Source: Planctomycetia bacterium
Lineage (GTDB): Bacteria > Planctomycetota > Planctomycetia > Planctomycetales > Planctomycetaceae
DNA length: 64,000 nt
Direction: 5' to 3'
NCBI GenBank assembly: GCA_016200145.1
Contig: JACQFH010000452.1
Span: 11,692-75,691 of the forward strand
Made by a program: the position numbers and the translations under genes. Positions 35,891-44,040 of the stretch are shown here, piece by piece; within the stretch, counting starts at the first letter, position 1; each line of letters opens with the position of its first letter. The notes beneath the pieces are model-generated. The model ran no database searches and had not been told where the DNA came from. It was given only the letters and a program-made list of their open reading frames with translations.

Positions 35891-36772
35891 ATGACGAGCA
35901 TGCTTCTGGGATTGGCGCTGGCATTTTTTCCGCCGGCTGATGCGAAAGAACCTGCAGCCGAGTCGAAAGCCGAGGCCAAAGAGTCCGAGCAGGACAAGGC
36001 CCAGGACCGTGCCGAAGCGGCCGAGGCCGCGGAATTCGCCCGCGACGAGGCCGGGCACTGGCAGCTCACCACCAACGGCGAGAATCGCAAAAAACTCGAT
36101 CTGCACTCCAAGCCGGTGTTGCGCTGGTCGAACCCCGCGGTGGGCCGCGTGTATGGTTCGGTCTTCGTGTGGACGTCCGGGGGCCGCCCGGTCGCTGCCG
36201 CGTCGTTCTACCGCTTTTACGTGCCGTACGTGCAGCGAACGGCCGAATTTGTGGCGCTGGCCCCGGAAGGATTGTCTGCCGAGCGCGAGGGACGAAAGCT
36301 CTGGACGCCGTCGGCCGGACAGGTCAAATTTCAGAAACTCGACGACGCCCCCGCGCCCGCCGCGTCGGCCAATCAGCGGCTCGTTCAAATGCGGCGCCTC
36401 GCCCGCGAATTCGCGCCCGAGCTGGTCGATCGCCGGGTTGTCAACGAAGGCACGCAGCAGCAACTGCGGCTGATGGACCAGCCCGTCTACCAGTACGGCG
36501 CCGGTGCCGATGGCCTGCTCGACGGCGGGCTGTTCGCCTTCGTCGTGGGGACCGATCCCGAGGTGCTGCTTTTGCTGGAATGTCGCGAATCGGCCGAGGG
36601 GCGTTCGTGGCATTACGCCCTGGCCCGCATGAACCGCGACGCGATGCGCGTCCGCTTTCGCGACCGCGAAGTCTGGAGCGTCCCTTACCTCGAAACGCCC
36701 TGGGACGATCCGAAAAGCGACTACTTTATCGTCGAGGTCGGTAAACTCGACCAGAAGGCGGCGGCTCCATGA
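35891..36772 (+). CDS. Secreted protein of unknown function, paralogue A
   Basis: Signal-like MTSMLLGLALAFFPPADA. Shares colinear blocks with 36769..37647: RWSNP...VFVWTSGGRPVAAASFY / RWANP...IYLWTDRGRPAVALGLFTY; QLRLMDQPVYQY...LLDGGLFAFVVGTDPEVLLLLE / ELRLLPQPLYRY...LVDGGIFAFVQGTDPQLLLIVE. Confidence 0.6.
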   Translation: MTSMLLGLALAFFPPADAKEPAAESKAEAKESEQDKAQDRAEAAEAAEFARDEAGHWQLTTNGENRKKLDLHSKPVLRWSNPAVGRVYGSVFVWTSGGRPVAAASFYRFYVPYVQRTAEFVALAPEGLSAEREGRKLWTPSAGQVKFQKLDDAPAPAASANQRLVQMRRLAREFAPELVDRRVVNEGTQQQLRLMDQPVYQYGAGADGLLDGGLFAFVVGTDPEVLLLLECRESAEGRSWHYALARMNRDAMRVRFRDREVWSVPYLETPWDDPKSDYFIVEVGKLDQKAAAP

Positions 36773-37647
36773 CCCGCCTCTTTGAGCGGTCGGCCCGCAG
36801 CAAACGGCGGTGTGCGATGATACGGAACAACCTGGCTATGGCTGCCATGCTGCTCCTCGTCCTGCCCGCCGCGACGAAGAGTGACGAACCGACCGCCAGT
36901 CCCGACGAAGCGGGCCATGCGCGCCGCGCGAGCGCCATGCAGCGCTCGGCCGCCCAGTTTACGATCCGCCTGCGGGACGAAAGCGAGCGTCCGCTCAAAC
37001 TGGTGACAAAGCCGATCCAGCGCTGGGCGAACCCCGAAAACGCCGCGAAGGACGGCACGATTTATCTCTGGACTGATCGCGGCAGGCCGGCCGTCGCTCT
37101 GGGGCTGTTCACGTACGACGACGATCACTTCAGCCACGAATGGCAGTCACTGACGGCGTCGTCTCTGACGGCTTCGCACGCCGCAGGGACCGAATGGACC
37201 ACGTCGGAACCCGGCATCAGCTTCGAGAAGCTCGAGAAGGTCGATCCGCCCGCGGCCGCACCCGCCGCCCGCCTGCGGCAGATGAAGGCCCTCGCCGGCC
37301 GTTTCACCGCCACGTATGTCGGGTTTTCGGAAAACCAGAATCCGCTCGAGCTGCGGCTCTTGCCGCAGCCCCTCTATCGTTACGAGTCGAGCGAAATCCC
37401 CGAGCTGGTCGACGGCGGAATATTTGCGTTCGTGCAGGGGACCGATCCGCAACTGCTGCTCATCGTCGAAGCCTGGAAGGCTGCTTCAGGGGAGCACTGG
37501 CAGTTCGCCTGCGCCCGGTCTGCCTCGGGCGCTGTCGCCGCGAAATACGAGGGGCGCGAAGTCTTTTCGGTTCCCAAATACGATTTTCAGCACGACCCGC
37601 GGAAGCCGTTTCTTCTTTTACCGCGGCAGCCTGCGCCGGAGGAATAA
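36769..37647 (+). CDS. Secreted protein of unknown function, paralogue B
   Basis: ATGA overlap with paralogue A (alternative start MIRNN at 36817). Signal-like AMAAMLLLVLPAATKS. Similarity blocks are listed under paralogue A. Confidence 0.6.
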   Translation: MTRLFERSARSKRRCAMIRNNLAMAAMLLLVLPAATKSDEPTASPDEAGHARRASAMQRSAAQFTIRLRDESERPLKLVTKPIQRWANPENAAKDGTIYLWTDRGRPAVALGLFTYDDDHFSHEWQSLTASSLTASHAAGTEWTTSEPGISFEKLEKVDPPAAAPAARLRQMKALAGRFTATYVGFSENQNPLELRLLPQPLYRYESSEIPELVDGGIFAFVQGTDPQLLLIVEAWKAASGEHWQFACARSASGAVAAKYEGREVFSVPKYDFQHDPRKPFLLLPRQPAPEE

Positions 37648-37658
37648 TCTTGATCGCC

Positions 37659-38576
37659 ATGTCCCGTTTCGGAATTCTGATCCCGCTGGTTGCATTCGCG
37701 GTCGCCTTGCCGCCGGTACAGGCCCAGGAGGCGCCCGCGGGTACAAAGCACGCGCTGATCCTCTGCGGCCATCCCGGCGATAAAGATCACCGCAAGACGT
37801 TCGCCGAGACGGTTGAGAAAACGCACAAGGCGCTCGTCGAGCGCTACAAGTTCCTGCCCGCGCACATTCGCGTGCAGTTCGGGGCGCCAGTGGCCGAGGG
37901 GGACGGGCCGGTTCTGGCGGGACCGCGGGGCGGCGCCACCCGCGAAGAGATCGAAGCCGCGGTCGCCGAGCTGCGCCAGGCGCTGCAACCCGAAGACACG
38001 CTGTGGGTGATCGTCATGGGGCATTCGCATTACGACGGCAAGCACTCGCATTTCAATATCCCCGGCCCCGATCTGCACGAGCAGGAATTCGGCAAGCTGT
38101 TCGCCGGCCTCGCATGCCGCGAACAGGTGTTCTTCATCGGGATCCCCACGAGCGGCTTCTACATCAAGCCCCTCTCGGCGAACGGCCGAGTCATCATCTC
38201 GGCGACCGAAGCCGACCTGGAGGTCAACGAAACGCTGTTCGCCGCCGCGCTCGCCGACGTGCTGGCCAACCCGCCGGGCCCGGCCGAGCTCGACGCCGAC
38301 CGCGACGGCAACCTGACGCTGTTCGACCTGTACATCGCCCTCACAAGGAACATCGTCGGCCGCTACCTGGACGAAGAGCTGCTGCCGACCGAGCACGCGC
38401 TGCTCGACGACAACGGCGACGGCCGCGGCACCGAGCTGCAGATCGATTACCTCACCGAAAAGCAGGGAGGCCGCGCGAAAGAAGGCCGGCTTCCGCCCCC
38501 CCGCAAAGAAAACGCCGACGGCGCCCTTGCCGCGCGGATCCTACTGCCACTCGCCCCCGCCGGTCCCACCGAATAA
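37659..38576 (+). CDS. Secreted clan-CD (legumain/caspase, C13-like) fold protein lacking the catalytic cysteine
   Basis: Signal peptide MSRFGILIPLVAFAVALPPVQAQE. KHALILCGHPGD; a His block LWVIVMGHSHYDG; a block QVFFIGIPTSGFYIKPL where C13 peptidases have ...ACYSG.FI (Cys position occupied by Pro/Thr); SATEADLEVNE; and Ca-binding-like DADRDGNLTLFDLY and DDNGDGRGTE. Confidence 0.5.
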   Translation: MSRFGILIPLVAFAVALPPVQAQEAPAGTKHALILCGHPGDKDHRKTFAETVEKTHKALVERYKFLPAHIRVQFGAPVAEGDGPVLAGPRGGATREEIEAAVAELRQALQPEDTLWVIVMGHSHYDGKHSHFNIPGPDLHEQEFGKLFAGLACREQVFFIGIPTSGFYIKPLSANGRVIISATEADLEVNETLFAAALADVLANPPGPAELDADRDGNLTLFDLYIALTRNIVGRYLDEELLPTEHALLDDNGDGRGTELQIDYLTEKQGGRAKEGRLPPPRKENADGALAARILLPLAPAGPTE

Positions 38577-38588
38577 CCCGCGACTATC

Positions 38589-38726
38589 GTCTAACCGCGA
38601 CCCAGCGGGGAGCGCGCGCCGTTCGCAATTCGACGGTCAGTTTTACAACAGTCGTTGTGGGCACATGGAGCAGGATGGGATGTCATTGGTGTGCGAAACG
38701 CGCTCCCCGCTGGGTCGCGGTTAGAC
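38589..38726. repeat. 28-bp perfect inverted repeat enclosing an 82-nt loop (138-nt hairpin / MITE-like)
   Basis: gtctaaccgcgacccagcggggagcgcg (38589-38616) is the exact reverse complement of cgcgctccccgctgggtcgcggttagac (38699-38726). Single copy in this window; intergenic. Confidence 0.85.
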
Positions 38727-38805
38727 GAGTGCCCAGGACGTACTCAATTTGACTTTGCCGAATGGCCGTCATACGCTGAATTGCGTCCCAGAGGAGGCCA
38801 GACCA

Positions 38806-40275
38806 ATGAATTCGATCCGGCAGTGTTTTCGTGGGTTGCAGGTTGATGCAGCCGCTTCTACTGTCTTGCTTGCACGAATTGTGGCGTGCGGCTTGTGCCT
38901 CGTGGCTGCCGTCGCTCTGGCGGCCGATAAGAAGGCCAGTTCGAAAAAGAACGAGCCTGCCGGGCCCGCCGACGACACGGCGATCGGCGAGCAGTTGAAA
39001 GAAGCGTTCGACGCGGGGTTCGTCATCGGCCCGCGGCGCGCTCAAGAAGCGGCCAAACACTTTGTGCAGGCCCGGCGCCTGGCACCGCATGAACCGCGCA
39101 TCGACTACGCGCACGGTCTCGTTCTGGCCAAGCAGTCGCAGGTGCGGCAGGCCGTCACCCAGTTCGAGGCCGCCATCAAGCACGAGGGGAAGCCGTCGTG
39201 GCCCGCCTGGAAGGCGGCTGTCTGGGCACATCTCGTCGAAAAGCAGTACGAACCGGGCCTGAAACGGCTCGATGAATTTGCACGCCTCGTTCACGACGCC
39301 GAGTCGGCCGGAGACGCGGCGGAAACGCGGCGCGAAGCGGCCCGCTGGATCGGGCAGATCCTGGAATCGCTGGCGGTTCTTCCCGACGCGAAAAAGCACA
39401 AAGAAACCGTCGCCGAGCATCAGACGGCGGTGCTCGATGCGCTGGGGGACGAGCTGGCGGTATCCGTCGAAGAGGGGCGCGAGCTGCTGCGGGCGCGGGC
39501 CGTCGAGCTGGGGCTGGCGGCCGACGCGGCCCGCGACACGGCCGAGCAGATCGCCCGGCGCCGCAAGCAGGACCAGTCGGAAAAACTCGAGAAAGACCTC
39601 GAAGGAGTCAGCAAAGAAATGGAGAACGCCGCCAAGTCGAAGGAAGACTGGAAGAAATGGGTCGACGACACGCTGGCGAAGTTCGACAAACAACTGGGCC
39701 AGCTCGATCGAGATTATCAGGCGCTGCAGCGGCGGGCGAACGATCTGGAACAGGCGTACGTGCAGGCCGGCACGCGCTTGACGGCGGTTAACGCAAATCT
39801 CGGCCTGCTCAACCCGCGAACGACCGATCCGCAGACTATGGCCAATCTCCGCGAGCAGTCGCTGCAGTTCCAGAACCAGATGCTCGCCTACCAGGTTGAA
39901 TACAACGTCAATCTCGAAAGGATCTCGAATCTCGCCCAGCAGGCCGCGGGGGTCGCCGAGCAGCGCGCCGGCGCGATCGCCCGGTACGAAAAGGAAACGG
40001 GCGACCTGATCAAGAAGAACGCCGATCTCGACAAGTGGTCGGCGCGCCTTAAAGACAAGAAGCAGAAGCTGGTTACCAAGCCCGGGAGCAAGGGAGGCAA
40101 GAAAGACGCCCCCGAAAAGAAACAGCCCCCCTCGCTCAAGTCGCTGATGCCCCTCGACCTCGAACGCGAGCGCGACGAAGTCCTGGCGTCATTCGGCGTC
40201 AAGCCGACGGCGCCCACAGCGCCGCCGGCAGTCGAAAAGCCCGTGACCGAAAAGAGCGCGCCAAGCGAGAACTGA
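38806..40275 (+). CDS. Secreted TPR-like plus long coiled-coil protein with Lys-rich tail
   Basis: Signal/TM LLARIVACGLCLVAAVALAADK, helical-repeat N-terminal region (HFVQARRLAPHEPRIDYAHGLVLAKQSQVRQAVTQFEAAIK), about 250 aa heptad-rich E/K/Q/L sequence, and KKQKLVTKPGSKGGKKDAPEKKQ. Start taken at MNSIRQ. Confidence 0.6.
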   Translation: MNSIRQCFRGLQVDAAASTVLLARIVACGLCLVAAVALAADKKASSKKNEPAGPADDTAIGEQLKEAFDAGFVIGPRRAQEAAKHFVQARRLAPHEPRIDYAHGLVLAKQSQVRQAVTQFEAAIKHEGKPSWPAWKAAVWAHLVEKQYEPGLKRLDEFARLVHDAESAGDAAETRREAARWIGQILESLAVLPDAKKHKETVAEHQTAVLDALGDELAVSVEEGRELLRARAVELGLAADAARDTAEQIARRRKQDQSEKLEKDLEGVSKEMENAAKSKEDWKKWVDDTLAKFDKQLGQLDRDYQALQRRANDLEQAYVQAGTRLTAVNANLGLLNPRTTDPQTMANLREQSLQFQNQMLAYQVEYNVNLERISNLAQQAAGVAEQRAGAIARYEKETGDLIKKNADLDKWSARLKDKKQKLVTKPGSKGGKKDAPEKKQPPSLKSLMPLDLERERDEVLASFGVKPTAPTAPPAVEKPVTEKSAPSEN

Positions 40276-40280
40276 AGGTA

Positions 40281-40507
40281 GAAGCGGCATCCTGCCGCTT
40301 CCGCGCTGCGCCCCCGATCCGAATTCTACTACCTCCCGCACCAACCTCGGCCCGCGCACGATCCCAAGGAGAGTCAGTCGCCGATGCGGCAGGATGCCGC
40401 ATCTACATGACCCCTGCCGGTTCACCCGGCAGGGGTCTTTGCGTACCGCGGCGCGTGCTGTCTAGCTCCATAAACTCATTCACCCGCCGGATAAACCGGC
40501 GGGGGTC
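40281..40507. repeat. Cluster of four GC hairpins downstream of 38806..40275
   Basis: gaagcggcatcctgccgcttc (40281-40301), gatgcggcaggatgccgcatc (40383-40403), gacccctgccggttcacccggcaggggtc (40409-40437), ttcacccgccggataaaccggcgggggtc (40469-40507). The last two belong to the family seen at 5357-5549. Confidence 0.7.
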
Positions 40508-40522
40508 TTGCAGATGACAGCG

Positions 40523-41770
40523 TCACGCCGCGTCGCGGATGCGGGCGCCGGCGTCCAGCCGCTGCCATTCGCGGACTGTCTCCCACACCGGCATTGCAAC
40601 TTCCGGGCGAGGCCAGTCGCAGAGCTCCGGCAGCGGCGCGATTTGCACGGGCGAGTCGCTGATCAACGGGACCGCCCTCGCCGGCGCGATGCACTCGGCC
40701 GCCATCCGCGCGAGCTGCGGGGCCAGCGCCAGCTTCGTCGGCCAGGCGGTGATCACGTTCCCCTCGTGCGCAACGGTCGCCGTGTCGGGGCGCGAAGCGC
40801 GCGGCGACGCCAGCTCGGCCCGGTCGACCCGGTACGTCGCCCATTCGTGGCCCGCGAAGTCGACGCCGGGCAGCACCGCCGCCAGTTCCGCCTGCGCGCG
40901 GCGGACGAGCGTGCGCTCGTCGCAAGCGACTCCGTCTTCGGCAAGCTGGCCCCCCACCTGCCAGACAGTTCGCCCCTGCGAATCGCGATCGGCGGTGATC
41001 GTGACGCGCGTGCGGGCGCCGTCGACGCAGTGCCCGTTGACGACCGGCAGATCGCCCCGCACGAGCACCATGTGCAGCGGACGCAGTTGCATCCGCGCCG
41101 GCGAGAGGCCGCACAGACTCCGCAAGGGCCCGTTGCCCGCCCCGGCCGTCAGCACGACGTGACGCGGTACGATCGCAATACTTGTCGTCCCGTGCGGATG
41201 CGACAGGGCAATCCGCGCGACGACACCGGGGCACGACAGCGTGACTTTGATCCCGTCGGCCGCATCAATGGCGAGCAGGCGGCCTGCATGCTGCCGGGCG
41301 AGGTCGGCCACGAAGCTCGCCGGGGAAATCACCTGTTCGTCGAGGCGGGCCACTGTTCCCGGGCAGCCCGCGAGCGCGGGGGGCCGTTCATCCGCAGACA
41401 ATTCACACGGCGCGACGTGCAATCCCACGCGGGCCCCCAGCATGCCCAGCTTCGAGCGCAGCGATTCACTGCGCCACAGGTGGCACGCCTGCGAGCGCAC
41501 CCGCGTCTGCCGCAGGTCGGGAGTCCGCAAACCGGCGAGAGACTGCCGCCAGACTTCGGGCATGTCGCGGATTTCCCTCGCGGCGGGCGTGAGCAATCCT
41601 TGCAGCGTGTATTTGAGGCCCCCGTGGATGATCCCCTGCGAGCCGACGGTCTGTCCCTGCCCGAGGCGGCCTGCTTCGAGGAGTACGACGCGGTCTCCGC
41701 GCCGCGCGAGCTCATCGAGCAGCCACAGCCCCGCCGCCCCGCCCCCGAAGATCACGACGTCGACATCCAT
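40523..41770 (-). CDS. FAD-dependent oxidoreductase (DAO/GlpD-like)
   Basis: N-terminal Rossmann motif DVVIFGGGAAGLWLLDELARRGDRVVLLE and GSQGIIHGGLKY. 415 aa. Confidence 0.75.
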   Translation of the reverse strand: MDVDVVIFGGGAAGLWLLDELARRGDRVVLLEAGRLGQGQTVGSQGIIHGGLKYTLQGLLTPAAREIRDMPEVWRQSLAGLRTPDLRQTRVRSQACHLWRSESLRSKLGMLGARVGLHVAPCELSADERPPALAGCPGTVARLDEQVISPASFVADLARQHAGRLLAIDAADGIKVTLSCPGVVARIALSHPHGTTSIAIVPRHVVLTAGAGNGPLRSLCGLSPARMQLRPLHMVLVRGDLPVVNGHCVDGARTRVTITADRDSQGRTVWQVGGQLAEDGVACDERTLVRRAQAELAAVLPGVDFAGHEWATYRVDRAELASPRASRPDTATVAHEGNVITAWPTKLALAPQLARMAAECIAPARAVPLISDSPVQIAPLPELCDWPRPEVAMPVWETVREWQRLDAGARIRDAA

Positions 41771-41923
41771 GTCAGAACGTGCACCCGGTTGCCGATTGGT
41801 CGATGGGAAATCAGAATTCTCACGACTTCCGCTACACCACGCCGGGCGTTGTAACCGGTTTTCGCAATTCTGGACAGGCGGAAACGTGTGCGCGGCACTC
41901 TCACAAGCGAGCCGCAGGGTAAC

Positions 41924-41948
41924 GTACTTAGTACTGAGTACTAAGTAC
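41924..41948. repeat. AT-rich AGTACT-repeat palindrome overlapping a stop codon
   Basis: gtacttagtactgagtactaagtac has 12-bp arms around a central g. It overlaps the stop codon (41941-41943) of the minus-strand gene. Related sequences lie at 57505-57545 and 24161-24172. Confidence 0.7.
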
Positions 41949-42999
41949 TCTCCTCCGTCTCCCCCTCCCCCGTCACGCGCGTCGACCCATTCTCGTGGTG
42001 GTGCGACTGGCCGTTGGTAGTGACGGCGGGAGACAGACGGTCGGCGCTCGGCGCCGCGTCGGGGTCCCCCGTGCGGCCGTGCTCCAGCCAGTTTTCGACC
42101 TCCTCCGTCGACAGCGTCGACGACGAGCTCAGGCTGACCGGCCGCCTCCTAGTTCCTCGCGTCATCCGGAACAGAGCGACGAGCAGCACGATCACACAGA
42201 TCAAAACGCCCCCGCCGACCAGCATGGCCGTCAGCCCCGAGGCGCGCGAGGCGCCCAGATGCGGATTGGCGCCGGCAACCGTGCGAATGCGCCCTACGAG
42301 CATCGGCGCTCCGCGGTGCTTATCCTGAAACGCATCGTACGCAAAAACTTTGAGGAAGTAGCCGACGAACACGATTTCTCCGCTGGATTCCACTCCAATT
42401 CGAATCCCGGGAGGCAGCTCGGGAACGACCACGACGTACGGGTTATCGGCCGAGTCGTCGGTCCAGGCGCAAATCTCGTACAGGTTTTCGAGTCCCAGTG
42501 AGTTCTCGACCACCTTGGTTTTGTCATTGCGAATGACGCGGACGACGTGCATCCGCAGGCGGATCAATTCGGCCCGATGCTTCTGGGGTTGTTGCCAGAG
42601 ATCGGTGAACAGAATGTCGCGGCGGGCGCGTTCTTCCAATTCCGAGATCGGCCGGCTCATCGCCCATTTCAGCATGCGGAAGTAGGCCGGGCTGTCGACC
42701 GCTTCGATGGCGCGCTGGTCCGAGACCACTTCGAGCAGCCGTTTCATGTCCTCGCGTTCGGCCGGGTCTTCGTCGGACGGGCCGGGGATGATCGTTTCTT
42801 TCCACGGCGTTTTGGGATCGACGGCGACCGGCGCCTGCTGGCCGGCGGCCCGCTCCGCCGCGCGGGCGGCCAGAAACTGATTGCGCAGCGAGTAGATCGT
42901 GGCCCCGATCAGGGCCAGCGCCCCCAGCATCGCCAAGAGCCGCAGCCCGAAACCGCCGGGCACGAGCGAAGGCCGTTCTCTGTGCGGGGTGAACGACAT
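41941..42999 (-). CDS. Membrane protein of unknown function (TM at both ends), last gene of the exbB-exbD-exbD cluster
   Basis: 352 aa. N-terminal TM LRLLAMLGALALIGATIY, central soluble domain, C-terminal TM LTAMLVGGGVLICVIVLLVALF. It starts 5 nt after the exbD stop. No TonB-like Pro-rich or C-terminal domain was recognised. Confidence 0.6.
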   Translation of the reverse strand: MSFTPHRERPSLVPGGFGLRLLAMLGALALIGATIYSLRNQFLAARAAERAAGQQAPVAVDPKTPWKETIIPGPSDEDPAEREDMKRLLEVVSDQRAIEAVDSPAYFRMLKWAMSRPISELEERARRDILFTDLWQQPQKHRAELIRLRMHVVRVIRNDKTKVVENSLGLENLYEICAWTDDSADNPYVVVVPELPPGIRIGVESSGEIVFVGYFLKVFAYDAFQDKHRGAPMLVGRIRTVAGANPHLGASRASGLTAMLVGGGVLICVIVLLVALFRMTRGTRRRPVSLSSSSTLSTEEVENWLEHGRTGDPDAAPSADRLSPAVTTNGQSHHHENGSTRVTGEGETEEST

Positions 43000-43004
43000 G
43001 GCCG

Positions 43005-43535
43005 TTACTTCTCCGCCTGCTCGACGAAGCTGATCTTGTTGACGGGGGTGCCGTCGGCCATTTTCTGCTTCGTGCAGACGTCAATGATTTTCATCAATTC
43101 GCCGTAGCCCAGGCTCTTGCCCACTTTCAGCAGCACCTGGTCGTAGGGCTTGCCTTCGATGGCGAACACATCTTTGAGCCGGCGATCGAGCATCCGCAGG
43201 CGATTGCCGTCGAGCGGGCCGTCGAAGAGTTTCGCCAGCCCGACCTGGATCGAAGACACCTGGCCGTTGCCAGCCGAGTTGATCGTGATCGTCAGCGTGT
43301 GGGCGGGGGCGGGACCACCCGGCTCTTCATTCTCATCCTCTGGCTTCTGCTGCTGATTCGGATCGAGAACGGCCCGCGGCGGGGGCAGATTGAGGTTGAT
43401 CTGCCCTTCGACGGGGGCGGGCTTGAACGTCAGAATGAAGAACGCCAGAAGCTGGAACGCCATGTCGAGCATGGCCGCCAGGTTCAGCGTCACTTCTTCC
43501 TGCTTCCCGCTGCGTTTCTTGCGTTTTCGGCTCAT
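43005..43535 (-). CDS. exbD: Biopolymer transport protein ExbD/TolR
   Basis: MSRKRKKRSGKQEEVTLNLAAMLDMAFQLLAFFILTF is the typical ExbD N terminus. ATGA overlap with the upstream exbD. Confidence 0.82.
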   Translation of the reverse strand: MSRKRKKRSGKQEEVTLNLAAMLDMAFQLLAFFILTFKPAPVEGQINLNLPPPRAVLDPNQQQKPEDENEEPGGPAPAHTLTITINSAGNGQVSSIQVGLAKLFDGPLDGNRLRMLDRRLKDVFAIEGKPYDQVLLKVGKSLGYGELMKIIDVCTKQKMADGTPVNKISFVEQAEK

Positions 43536-43993
43536 GATCCCTCCGCCTTGCTCATCGCCCGCAGAGCGAACTTGCGAAAGCCCTCGTTCTGGCACTCGGT
43601 GAGCACTTTGTTGAGCAGTTCGAACGGAGTCCCCAGATCGGCCCGCACGACAACCAGTGTCGGGAGCTCTTCCCCTTTCTTCACCTTTTTGCCCGAGAGT
43701 TCGAGCTTGAAGCGGGCTTCTTTGCCTTCGTTCTTGACGAACGCCGCCGGGTCCTGCTCGTTGCCGTACATCATCACCTTGCCGTTCTTGTTGACGTTCA
43801 GCACGAGCAGTTCTTCGGCCCCTTTGTCGGCGGGACGCGCCGAGCCGATCACCGGCAGCTTGAGCGACATATCGAGCGATGCCGCCTGAAAATTGATCAC
43901 CAGCATGAAAAACGTGACGAGCTGAAACACCATGTCGAGCATGGGAGTCAGGTTCGGTTCGGCGTTTTCCGACGAGTGAAGCGAGGCGCTCAT
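43532..43993 (-). CDS. exbD: Biopolymer transport protein ExbD/TolR
   Basis: NLTPMLDMVFQLVTFFMLV plus the periplasmic domain VVRADLGTPFELLNKVLTECQNEGF. Confidence 0.85.
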   Translation of the reverse strand: MSASLHSSENAEPNLTPMLDMVFQLVTFFMLVINFQAASLDMSLKLPVIGSARPADKGAEELLVLNVNKNGKVMMYGNEQDPAAFVKNEGKEARFKLELSGKKVKKGEELPTLVVVRADLGTPFELLNKVLTECQNEGFRKFALRAMSKAEGS

Positions 43994-44040
43994 GGTTTCA
44001 CCACAAGATCAACCAGGATCCGGAACGTGTGCACTCGATT

